Source: Nannocystis bainbridge (lineage in GTDB: Bacteria > Myxococcota_A > Polyangia > Nannocystales > Nannocystaceae). Taken from it: DNA of 64,000 nt. Location: positions 2,176,001 through 2,240,000 of the forward strand of contig NZ_JAQNDL010000003.1 in assembly GCF_028368995.1 (NCBI RefSeq), read 5' to 3'. Position numbers and translations under genes: made by a program. A model generated the notes under the pieces. That model did not search any database. It worked only from the letters and a program-made list of their open reading frames with translations, and had not been told where the DNA came from. Positions 28,802 through 38,218 of the stretch are shown here, piece by piece (within the stretch, counting starts at the first letter, position 1; every line of letters begins with the position of its first letter).

Positions 28802-31800
28802 ATGGCAATGAAGCGCGACAACGACACTTCGGGCGGCCGCATGACCAATCCATCGGCCACCCAGAAGAGCGGCAACCAACCGACCGAAAGCGCGGCCCGC
28901 CCGAGCGGCCACCGAGCGGGCCCAGGGCCCTCGCCCGCCGTCTCGAGCAAGCCTCAAGAAACCCGCGAGGCCAGCCCCGGCGCCGCTGCTTCCGCCGGCA
29001 CTGGCCAGCAAAACTCGCAATCACCCGCCCCCGCCGCCCCCAACCCCTCCGAGCTCGCCCCCTCGATCTCCCTCCCCAAGGGTGGCGGTGCTCTCAAGAA
29101 CATCGGCGACAAGTTCGAGGCCAACGCCTTCAGCGGCAGCGGCGGTATGAGCATTCCGATCGCCGTCTCGCCGGGCCGCGGCCTCGCCCCGACCCTCGCT
29201 CTCGGCTACAGCACCGGCGCCGGCAATGGCCCCTTCGGCATGGGCTGGCAGCTCTCCGTCGCCTCGATCTCCCGCAAGACCGACAAGGGCCTCCCGACCT
29301 ACGACGACGCCGCCGAGGCCGACACCTTCCTCATCTCCGACGCCGAGGACCTCGTCCCTCTGCTCGAAGAGGACGGCGGCGAGTGGACCCGCAAGGTCTT
29401 CACCCAGGAAGGCCACCGCGTCCACGCCTATCGTCCGCGCGTCGAGGCCGGCTTCGCCCGCATCGAGCGCTGGGTCCACCTCGGCACCGGCGACGTCCAC
29501 TGGCGCACCTGGTCGCGCGACAACGTGCGCAGCACCTACGGCAGCGCTCCGACCAGCCGAATCGCCGACCCCGCCGACCCTGCTCGCGTCTTCACCTGGC
29601 TCATCGACCAGACCAGCGACGACCGCGGCAACATCGTCCGCTTCGAATACAAGCAGGAGGACCTCGACGACGTCGACCTCGAGAGCCTCGAGGAGCACGA
29701 GCGCCTCGCCGTCACCCAGGCCCAGGCCCAGCGTTACCTCAAGCGCATCTATTACGGCAACGCTACCCCCTACGTCGCCGACGATTGGCACTTCGAGGTC
29801 CTCCTCGACTACGGCGAGCACGACCCCCACGGCACCGAGACCGGCACCTGGCCGGCGCGCCCCGACACCTTCTCCAACTTCCGCGCCTGCTTCGACGTCC
29901 GCACCCGGCGGCTGTGCCGGCGGATCCTCATGCTCCACCACTTCGAGGAGTTGCCCGTCGATCCGTACCTCGTCGCCGCCACCGAGCTCACCTATTCCGA
30001 GAACCCGACCGCCACCCTCCTGACCGCCGCCAGGCACCGGGGCTATGTCTATTCCAGCGGCGCGTATTCCAACAAGACCTACCCCCCCGTCGAGTTCACC
30101 TACAGCACCGCCCAGATCGATCCGACCCTCCGCCTCGTCGACAACGACACATTAAAAGATGTCCCCGGCGCGCTGGGTGGTCGCTTCGAACTCGTCGACC
30201 TCGACGGCGAGGGCTTGCCCGGCCTCCTCACCGAGCAGGCCGGTCACTGGTATTACAAGCGCAACGAAGGCAACGGCACCTTCGGCCCCCTGCGCAGCCT
30301 CCCGAGCCTCCCGAGCAACGCCCGCCTCGGCAGCCAGCGCCTCCTCGACCTCGACGGCGACGGCGCCCTCAGCCTCGCCAGCTTCTCCGGCCCCGCGCCC
30401 GGCTTCTACGAGCGCCCGCTGCCGACCTGCGGCGCCGCTGCCGAGGACTGGCGACCGTTCCGCAGCTTCCGCGCCGTCCCCAACATCGACCTCAACGCTC
30501 CCAACGTCCAGCTCCTCGACATCAACGGAGATGGTCTCGCCGACATCCTCGTCTGCGAGGACAACCGCTTCATCTGGTACCCCTCCGAAGGTCACGACGG
30601 TTACGGCGAGCCCCGCGTCCTCTCGCGTCCCCGCGACGAGCGCGTCGGCCCCCAGCTGATCTGGACCGACCCGCAGCAGGCCATCTATTTCACCGACATG
30701 ACCGGTGACGGCCTCGCCGACATCGTCCGCGTCCGCAACGGCTCCGTCGTCTACTGGCCCAACCTCGGCTACGGCCGCTTCGGCCGCCAGATCGGCATGC
30801 GCGGCGCCCCCGTGTTCGACCGCCCCGACCGCTTCCGCGCCGATCGCCTGCGGATCGGCGACATCGACGGCAGCGGCACCACCGACCTCGTCTACGTCCG
30901 CCAGGACGGCGCCCGCCTGTGGCACAACCAATCCGGCAACAGTTTTTCAAACGCCGTCCAGGTCGACATCCCGCCGGTCGACAGCCTCTCCTCCGTCCAG
31001 CTCGCCGACATCCTCGGAAAGGGCACCGCCGCCCTCGTCTGGTCGACCGACCTGCCGCATCGCCAGGGCACGCATATCGCCTTTGTCGACCTCATGTCGG
31101 CCGGCAAGCCCTACTTGATGCTTTCTTCAAAGAACAATATGGGCGCCGAGACCCGGGTCGAATATGCCCCATCGACCAGGTTCTATCTCGAGGATCGCGC
31201 CGCTGGCCGGCCCTGGAAGACCCGCCTCCCGTTCCCCACCCACGTCATCGAGCGCGTCGAGGTCCGCGATCACGTCACCGGCCACACCTTCGTCCAAAAG
31301 TATCGCTATCACCACGGCTACTTCGATGGCCCCGAGCGCGAGTTCCGTGGCTTCGGCATGGTCGAGACCGAGGACACCGAGTCCTGGGCCGACTACAACG
31401 CGCCCAAGCTGTTCCCCACCGGCCACCAGATCGTCGGCGAGGAATTGCACAGCCCGCCGGTCCTCACCAGGACCTGGTACCACACCGGCGCCTACCTCGG
31501 CGGCACCAGCCTCGCACACTGCTACAGCGACGAGTACTACAGCGACAAAACCCTCGAGAACCCGGCCGGGATCGCCATCGATCTGCACGAGACCCTGATC
31601 CCCGCCGGCCTCACCCCGGTCGAGAACCGCGAGGCCGTACGAGCCCTCCGTGGCCGTCCCCTGCGCGTCGAGGTCTACGGCCTCGACGGCAGCCCCGCCC
31701 AGGCCCACCCGTACAGCGTCGCCGAGAGCAACTTCGCCGTCCGCCTGCTGCAGCCCCGCGACGGCGACCAGCACGCCGTCTTCCTCGTCCACGACCGCGA

Positions 31801-34800
31801 GTCGCTCTCCTATCATTATGAGCGCGATCCATCCGAACCGCGGGTCTCGCACTCGGCCGTGCTCGAGGTCGACGATTTCGGCAACCCGGTCCGGTCGGTC
31901 AGCGTCGCCTACAAGAAGCCCGTCCTCCTCGGTTCTGAAGCCGAGCAGCTCGTCACCAGCGTCGTCCTCACCGAATCCGACCTCCTCAACGTCGACGACC
32001 AGCCCGACAGCTATCGCCTCGGCGTCCCGGTCGAGCTGCGTTCCTACGAGCTCCACGGCCTCGCAGGCGACCCTTCCGACCCCTTCACCCACGCCGAGCT
32101 GCTCGCCCACGCCGACGCCGCCACCGAGCTGCCCTATCACGGACTCGTCACCCCCGGCGCCAAGAAGCGGCTGCTCTCGCGCGCCCAGGTCTATTATTAT
32201 TCCGACAACCTCGCCGCGCGCCTGTCCCTCGGGCAATGTGGTCTCCGCGCCCTGCCCTACGAGACCCTGACCCTCGCCTTCACCCAGGCCCACCTCGACC
32301 TCGTCTTCACGAACGGCGAGCTCACCGGCCTCGACCTCGAAACCGAGGGCGGCTACCGCGAGGACGGCGGCCGCTGGTGGCGCCCGAGCGGCCGCGTCCT
32401 CTTCGACGCCGCCCACTTCTACCGCGTCACCGAGTCCCGCGACATCTTCGGCAACGCCACGACCTTCACCCACGACGCCCACAGCCTCCTGATCGAGGCC
32501 GCCGAGGACGCCCTCGGCAATACCATCAGCGCCCACAACGACTACCGCCTCCTCGCCCCCGACCTCGTCACCGACCCCAACGGCAATCGTCAGGCCGTCG
32601 CCTTCGACGCCCTCGGCATGGTCATCAAGACGGCCGTCATGGGCAAGGTCAGCGACAGCGACGGCGACACACTGACCGACCCGACCGTGGAGATCGAGTA
32701 CGACCTCACCGTCATCCCGTCGGTCGTCCACACGATCGTCCGCGAGAACCACGGCGCCGGCAACCTGGCCTTCCAGCACAGCTACGCCTACTCCGGCGGC
32801 CTCGGCCAGGTCGTCCTACAAAAGGCCCAGGCCGAGCCCGGCCTCGCGCCCAAGCGCGACGGCAGCGGCGACCTCGTGTTCGACGGCGGCGACCTCGTGT
32901 TCGAGGACACGTCTCCAAATCCGCGCTGGGTCGGCAACGGCCGCGTCATCGTCGACAACAAGGGCAACCCCGTCAAGCAGTACGAGCCCTTCTTCGACTC
33001 GAGCCCCGCGTACACCGACGAACAGGAGCTCGTCGAATGGGGTGTCACTCCGTTCATCCACTACGACCCCGTCGGTCGCATGATCCGCACCGACCTGCCC
33101 GATGGGACTTTTATTAGAGTCGCCTTCACGCCGTGGCAGCAGGTCGCGCACGACGCCAACGACAACGTCCTCGCCAGCGACTGGTACGCCGAGCGCGACG
33201 CCCTGGTCGGAGGCACGCCGCACAACGACGGCGAGAAGTACGCCGCCCTGCACACCGAGCCCCACGACGGCACCCCCACCGTCACGCTGCTCGACAACCT
33301 CGGCCGCCCCTTCCTCGTCATCGCCGACAACGGCCTCGACGAGAACGACGACCCGCTGAAGTTCGAGACGCGCACCAACCTCGACATCGAGGGCAACACC
33401 CTCGAGGTCGAGGACGCCCGGGGCAACACCGCCGAGACCAACACCTTCGCGCCCGGCGGTCTCCAGCTCAAGACCCACAGCCTTGATGCCGGCACCCGTC
33501 TCGCCCTGCCCAACGCCCTCGGCGCCCCGCTGCGCGCCTGGGACAGCCGCGACAACGTGCGCCGCTGGACCTACGACGTCCTGAGCCGCCCGACGCATGC
33601 CTATCTCGCGCACGCGGCCGACCCCGAGGTCCTCCAGCAGCGCATCGTCTACGGCGAGAGCCTCGGCGTCACCGCCGACACCACCAACCACCTCGGCCAA
33701 GTCTACCGCGTTTATGACAGCGCCGGCGTCCTCACCAGCGTCGAGTACGACTTCAAGGGCAACCTCCTCACCACCGAACGCCGCCTCGCCGAAGACTACA
33801 CCACCGCGCCCGACTGGATCGACCTCGCCCCCGAGACCGACCCGGCCCTCATCCACGCCGCCGCCGCGCCCCTGCTCGAGGCCGAGACCTTCACGACATC
33901 CTGGACCTACGACGCCCTCAGCCGCGTCCGCACCCAGACCACGCCCGACGACAGCGTCACCACCCAGGCCTTCGGCGTCGGCGGCATGCTGCAGTCCGTC
34001 GCCGTCAACGTCCGCGGCGCCGTCGCAGCCACGGACATCGTCACCAACATCGACTACAACGCCCGCGGCCAGCGCCTCCTCATCGCGTACGGCAACGGCT
34101 CGTCCACTGATTACGCGTACGATCCTCTCAACTTTCGCGTCACTCGCATTCACACCACTCGCCCCAACCCCGATCCCGACCTTCGCACCGTCCAGGACCT
34201 GCGCTACCACTACGACCCCTCCGGCAACATCGCCCGGATCCGCGACCAGGCTCAGCAGGGCGTCTTCTTCGACAACGCCTACGCCGATCCCACCCAGTCC
34301 TTCGTCTACGACGGCCTCTACCGCCTCATCTCCGCCACGGGCCGCGAGCACGCCACCCTCACCATGCCCACCGCCGAGGGTTTCGCGCCCATTGCGCACC
34401 CGCAGGACATCCAGGCCCAGCGCAACTACACCCAGCGATACACCTACGACCCGGTCGGCAACATCCTGCGGATGAAGCACGAGTCCGGCATGTCAGTTGT
34501 CTGGGAGCGCGGTTACGCCTACCATCTCGGAGGAAACCGGCTGCAGGCCACCAGCGACCCCCTCGACGACATCGACGACCCGCTGAGCTACACCGTCCCT
34601 TACACGCACGACGCCCACGGCAACATGACCGCCATGCCCGCCATCCCCGGGGGCCTCACCTGGGACCACGACGATCGCCTGCAGAGCAGCGATTCCATCG
34701 GCGGCGGCACGACCTACTACGTCTACGACGGCGCCGGCCAGCGCGTCCGCAAGGTCCACGTCAACCTCTCGGGCTCCACCAGCAAGCAGCGCCTCTACTT

Positions 34801-36304
34801 CGGTAGCTGGGAGACCTACCGCGAGCACAAGAACATCAACACGACCAACGACCTTGACCTCGAGCGCGAGACCCTCCACGTCCACGACGACCACGGCCGC
34901 GTCTGCCTCATCGAGACCAAGACCGTCGACACGGGCGCCCCCGTCGTCACCCCCGCCAACGTCGCACGCTACCAGTACTCCAACCACCTCGGCACCGCCA
35001 ACCTCGAACTCGACGAGGACGCCGACGTCATCAGCTACGAGGAGTTTCATCCCTACGGCACGAGCAGCTACCGGGCCGCGAACAGCGCCATCGAAGTCAG
35101 CGAAAAGCGCTACCGCTACACGGGTCAAGAGCGCGACGAAGAAACCGGCCTCGCCTACCATGGCGCGCGCTACTACGCCCCCTGGCTAGCGAGATGGACG
35201 GCCTCTGACCCGATTGGGTTGGGTGGAGGGATGAATAGGTACGCGTATGTGTGGGGAAATCCAGTAAGGCTGGTGGATCTGGAGGGCACCACGCCTAGCG
35301 AGCGAGGATATGTAGAGCGATTCTTTGACTGGGTCCTCCCCAAGAGCGTTCAAGTCAATGTCAATGCGCCATCGGCCCCGCCTCCCTCCGATCTGGGGGG
35401 TGCAGCAAGGCGAAACTTGGGGTGGCAGAGCTCGCCTGAACGGGGCCCGCACCCCGGTGACAGTGCTTGGGGGATGGGAAGGCATCAGTCTCCGCCAAGT
35501 CGGCATGAGGCGATAGCGAGGAGTCTGGCCCTGAGCCCGCTCGACGCAATCGATGCGTTTGTCAACACGCCCCATGAAATTGGGGTGGCATTGGATGGCG
35601 TGAACAGAGGAGATGCCAGAGCTGCCGTCCTTGGAGGTCTTGGAGCTGTCACCGGAGGTTTGGTTGCAGCGGGTGCTGGCGGCATCATGAGAAACATTCG
35701 CCTTCCACGCGGCCTTTCCAAAGGAAATGTATCCGGAGGCAAGAGGAGCGCCGACGTCGTCCCAGCCGGAGTTGCCGATAATGCGGAAGTGAAGGGCTCC
35801 GGAGCGTCCGATCCCCAGCGGGCGACTCTAAGCAAAAAGCACCCCACGCCTGCGGAACCGAAGTCGGTTACGCCTTTTTCACCCGAGAAGCTGAATCGAA
35901 TAGTGGCTGCGCTCGCAAAACGCAATCCTCCTACTCGATTCGTACAAGGTGACGCGGCTAAAGCTTCCCTTAAGAAAGAGGGAGCCGCCGCGATGTATAG
36001 CCCCATGGAGGGCGGGCCTGGCGGCACCGTCTTTCTCCGCGACAACCCCTCCGCCCCTGAAGTCGTGGAGGAACTGATTCATTTGGGGCAGGCTCGGTCG
36101 ATTGCACGTCAAGAGGGGCAATGGCGAAACTTTACGTACGAGGAGGTCCCAATTGTTGAGATTGAGGCGCAGCGCAAGTTGATCCAACTCGGCCGGACTC
36201 TGCGTTGGACCAAATACGAAGAGCAAATTACCAAGGCCAATCTGGTAGATTGGCGCGCCCTCGCGAGGCAGGATAAGCAGGCCGCAAAGGCAGGGAAGCC
36301 ATGA
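28802..36304 (+). CDS. Fused TcB-TcC protein: SpvB-N, FG-GAP, TcdB-mid, RHS core and C-terminal toxin tip (zincin-like EExxH)
   Basis: ISLPKGGGA, GNGPFGMGW, RKTDKGLPTY, REFRGFG, YD repeats, YEEFHPYG, RYYAPWLARW..DPIG, core end NPVRLVDLEG at about 35286; the tip has different codon usage. Confidence 0.95.
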   Translation: MAMKRDNDTSGGRMTNPSATQKSGNQPTESAARPSGHRAGPGPSPAVSSKPQETREASPGAAASAGTGQQNSQSPAPAAPNPSELAPSISLPKGGGALKNIGDKFEANAFSGSGGMSIPIAVSPGRGLAPTLALGYSTGAGNGPFGMGWQLSVASISRKTDKGLPTYDDAAEADTFLISDAEDLVPLLEEDGGEWTRKVFTQEGHRVHAYRPRVEAGFARIERWVHLGTGDVHWRTWSRDNVRSTYGSAPTSRIADPADPARVFTWLIDQTSDDRGNIVRFEYKQEDLDDVDLESLEEHERLAVTQAQAQRYLKRIYYGNATPYVADDWHFEVLLDYGEHDPHGTETGTWPARPDTFSNFRACFDVRTRRLCRRILMLHHFEELPVDPYLVAATELTYSENPTATLLTAARHRGYVYSSGAYSNKTYPPVEFTYSTAQIDPTLRLVDNDTLKDVPGALGGRFELVDLDGEGLPGLLTEQAGHWYYKRNEGNGTFGPLRSLPSLPSNARLGSQRLLDLDGDGALSLASFSGPAPGFYERPLPTCGAAAEDWRPFRSFRAVPNIDLNAPNVQLLDINGDGLADILVCEDNRFIWYPSEGHDGYGEPRVLSRPRDERVGPQLIWTDPQQAIYFTDMTGDGLADIVRVRNGSVVYWPNLGYGRFGRQIGMRGAPVFDRPDRFRADRLRIGDIDGSGTTDLVYVRQDGARLWHNQSGNSFSNAVQVDIPPVDSLSSVQLADILGKGTAALVWSTDLPHRQGTHIAFVDLMSAGKPYLMLSSKNNMGAETRVEYAPSTRFYLEDRAAGRPWKTRLPFPTHVIERVEVRDHVTGHTFVQKYRYHHGYFDGPEREFRGFGMVETEDTESWADYNAPKLFPTGHQIVGEELHSPPVLTRTWYHTGAYLGGTSLAHCYSDEYYSDKTLENPAGIAIDLHETLIPAGLTPVENREAVRALRGRPLRVEVYGLDGSPAQAHPYSVAESNFAVRLLQPRDGDQHAVFLVHDRESLSYHYERDPSEPRVSHSAVLEVDDFGNPVRSVSVAYKKPVLLGSEAEQLVTSVVLTESDLLNVDDQPDSYRLGVPVELRSYELHGLAGDPSDPFTHAELLAHADAATELPYHGLVTPGAKKRLLSRAQVYYYSDNLAARLSLGQCGLRALPYETLTLAFTQAHLDLVFTNGELTGLDLETEGGYREDGGRWWRPSGRVLFDAAHFYRVTESRDIFGNATTFTHDAHSLLIEAAEDALGNTISAHNDYRLLAPDLVTDPNGNRQAVAFDALGMVIKTAVMGKVSDSDGDTLTDPTVEIEYDLTVIPSVVHTIVRENHGAGNLAFQHSYAYSGGLGQVVLQKAQAEPGLAPKRDGSGDLVFDGGDLVFEDTSPNPRWVGNGRVIVDNKGNPVKQYEPFFDSSPAYTDEQELVEWGVTPFIHYDPVGRMIRTDLPDGTFIRVAFTPWQQVAHDANDNVLASDWYAERDALVGGTPHNDGEKYAALHTEPHDGTPTVTLLDNLGRPFLVIADNGLDENDDPLKFETRTNLDIEGNTLEVEDARGNTAETNTFAPGGLQLKTHSLDAGTRLALPNALGAPLRAWDSRDNVRRWTYDVLSRPTHAYLAHAADPEVLQQRIVYGESLGVTADTTNHLGQVYRVYDSAGVLTSVEYDFKGNLLTTERRLAEDYTTAPDWIDLAPETDPALIHAAAAPLLEAETFTTSWTYDALSRVRTQTTPDDSVTTQAFGVGGMLQSVAVNVRGAVAATDIVTNIDYNARGQRLLIAYGNGSSTDYAYDPLNFRVTRIHTTRPNPDPDLRTVQDLRYHYDPSGNIARIRDQAQQGVFFDNAYADPTQSFVYDGLYRLISATGREHATLTMPTAEGFAPIAHPQDIQAQRNYTQRYTYDPVGNILRMKHESGMSVVWERGYAYHLGGNRLQATSDPLDDIDDPLSYTVPYTHDAHGNMTAMPAIPGGLTWDHDDRLQSSDSIGGGTTYYVYDGAGQRVRKVHVNLSGSTSKQRLYFGSWETYREHKNINTTNDLDLERETLHVHDDHGRVCLIETKTVDTGAPVVTPANVARYQYSNHLGTANLELDEDADVISYEEFHPYGTSSYRAANSAIEVSEKRYRYTGQERDEETGLAYHGARYYAPWLARWTASDPIGLGGGMNRYAYVWGNPVRLVDLEGTTPSERGYVERFFDWVLPKSVQVNVNAPSAPPPSDLGGAARRNLGWQSSPERGPHPGDSAWGMGRHQSPPSRHEAIARSLALSPLDAIDAFVNTPHEIGVALDGVNRGDARAAVLGGLGAVTGGLVAAGAGGIMRNIRLPRGLSKGNVSGGKRSADVVPAGVADNAEVKGSGASDPQRATLSKKHPTPAEPKSVTPFSPEKLNRIVAALAKRNPPTRFVQGDAAKASLKKEGAAAMYSPMEGGPGGTVFLRDNPSAPEVVEELIHLGQARSIARQEGQWRNFTYEEVPIVEIEAQRKLIQLGRTLRWTKYEEQITKANLVDWRALARQDKQAAKAGKP

Positions 36305-36603
36305 CAATGGTGACAAGGATCAAAATTCTGAACGCAGAGCGTGAGGAGAACAATGGCCGCGTCGAGTGGTCGGTATGGCTAACCCGTATCGAGGGGGGGG
36401 ACATTCGGAGCGGCATGAAGTTTAGAGATTCTTCCGGAGAGATCTGGGTTCTGGGCAACATTTACACCTTTCCAGCTCGCATGCTGCGCGTATATCCTGG
36501 CGGCAGAGCCTACACAATGTTGCCTGCAACTAGGAACGCAGTTCTCCAGAAAGGAGACGTTCTGGCCTTAGTTCCTCCTGACGCGTTCTCGCCCGCGGAG
36601 TGA
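36301..36603 (+). CDS. Putative immunity protein 1 (100 aa)
   Basis: ATGA overlap with the toxin stop; lower GC matching the tip; small and without signal peptide. Function inferred from position. Confidence 0.6.
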   Translation: MTMVTRIKILNAEREENNGRVEWSVWLTRIEGGDIRSGMKFRDSSGEIWVLGNIYTFPARMLRVYPGGRAYTMLPATRNAVLQKGDVLALVPPDAFSPAE

Positions 36604-36822
36604 CGATCAGGAACGCGATGGCCCGAGGCCGAGATCCAGGGGTTCCGAAGCTGACCGAGGTACTCACCGACCTCGACCAATGGCGGGAGATGTCTGAACG
36701 CTGGAAGAGCGGCGCGTCGGAGACTGACATCACGGGATAGAGAGCCTTGGCTCGCCGTCCTGTCGTGCTCACGCTCGCTCGTGATGTCTCGACGGCCGAT
36801 GCAGCCGCGAGAGAGCGACCGG

Positions 36823-36985
36823 TCACAGCGGCTCGATGGTCACGTGCGCGACGCCGAGGCGGAGGAGGCCGGCGCCGAGGCGGCGCTCGATCACCCGCGC
36901 GGGGTCCGGGACGCCGGCCTGGGTGAACTGCAGGCGGATGCGGTGGATGCTCAGGTGGAGGTAGCCGGCGTCGACCTTGAGCATC
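36823..36985 (-). pseudogene. 3' remnant of a gene truncated by IS66 (resembles the C-terminus of myxobacterial FHA-domain proteins)
   Basis: MLKVDAGYLHLSIHRIRLQF...VIERRLGAGLLRLGVAHVTIEPL* begins exactly at the IS66 end; family call from recall. Confidence 0.45.
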
Positions 36986-38140
36986 GTATCCGTCCGATTG
37001 ACTGCGTCTCGCTCGACCCGGGGCGGGTCGGCTACACCGAGAGCGGATGCTTGCCCAGCGCGATACGGCGGAAGACGTTGGCGTCGAGCCGCTGCTGAGC
37101 CTCTGGCTTCTGGAGCGTCTCGCGCCAGGAGACGGGGGCGAGCTCGAGGATGCGGGAGCGCGGCCACGAGGGCAGCAGACAGAGGAGGTCGCGGAGGTAG
37201 CCGAGCGGCTCGATGGCGTGCATCTGGCAGCTTGCGAGCAGGGACACGAAGACGGTGTTGGCACGTGCGCCGTCGTCGCTGCCGACGAAGAGCCAGTTCT
37301 TGCGGCCCACGGCCTCGCGGCGGAGCGCGCGCTCGGAGATGTTGTTGTCGAGCGGCAGCCGTCCGTCGTCGAGGAAGCGGCGCAGGGCCGCCCGCTGGTT
37401 GCGAGCGTAGGTCAGCGCGGCGGCCAGCGGCGAGCCGTCGAGGGCGACCTCGGCCTGCGCGTCGCACCACGCGAAGAAGGCGTCGACGATCGGCGCCGAG
37501 ACCTTCCGGCGCACCGATTCGCGCTTCTTGCGAGCCTCCTCGGCGAGCTTCTCCTCGTTTTTGAAGAGCTTGCGGATCAGCCCGAGCGCGTGCCTCGCCA
37601 GCTCCGGTTCGGTGCCCAGCGCCTTATAATAGTAGCGCCGACAGTGGGCCCAGCACGCGACCTCGACGACGCTGCCACGGGCGTAGAGGTGATCGTAGAC
37701 CGAGTGCGCGTCGGCGACGAGGTAGCCCTCGTAGCCCGCGAGCAGGCGATCGACGGCCTCGCTGTCGTGCTTGTGCGAGAATCGATACAGCACGTGCCGG
37801 CCGGGCGCGACCAGCACCCAGAAGTGAGCCCGCTGGCACTGCTCGGACGCCTGCACGAGCACCCCCGTCGCGTCGACGCAGAGGTAGGGCGACCGGAAGG
37901 CGTCGGCCAGCATCGCCTCGACCAGCGGTTCGACGAGATCGGCGAGCTGTTGGGGCCAGCTGCAGATCGTCTGGCGCGAGAGCACGAGGCCCTCGCGGGC
38001 GTAGATCGCCTCCTGGCGGTGGCTCGGCATGTGGTCCTGCCAGCGCTGGACGATCGTGTGCGCAAGGAGCCCGGGGCCGGCCAGGCCGCGCTCGATCGGC
38101 CGCTCCGGCGGCGGCGCGATCACCACGGTCGGGCTCGCGG
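36986..38140 (-). mobile_element. IS66 family element, partial (one end retained; tnpA/tnpB and the other end absent)
   Basis: IS66-type terminus GTATCCGTCCGATTGAC at 36986, 46 nt beyond the tnpC stop. Confidence 0.75.
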
Positions 38141-38207
38141 CTGTCTTTTGGGCCAGTAGCCGGTCCAGTTGTCCTCGGCCTTGGGCTCGGACAGCGCGAG
38201 GTGCCAC
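37032..38207 (-). pseudogene. tnpC: IS66 transposase TnpC, 5'-truncated
   Basis: GLAGPGLLA, VDATG, ACWAHCRR, DNNISERALRREAVGRKNWLFVGS; N-terminal leucine zipper and zinc finger missing. Confidence 0.85.
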
Positions 38208-38218
38208 TTGACGTCCCG

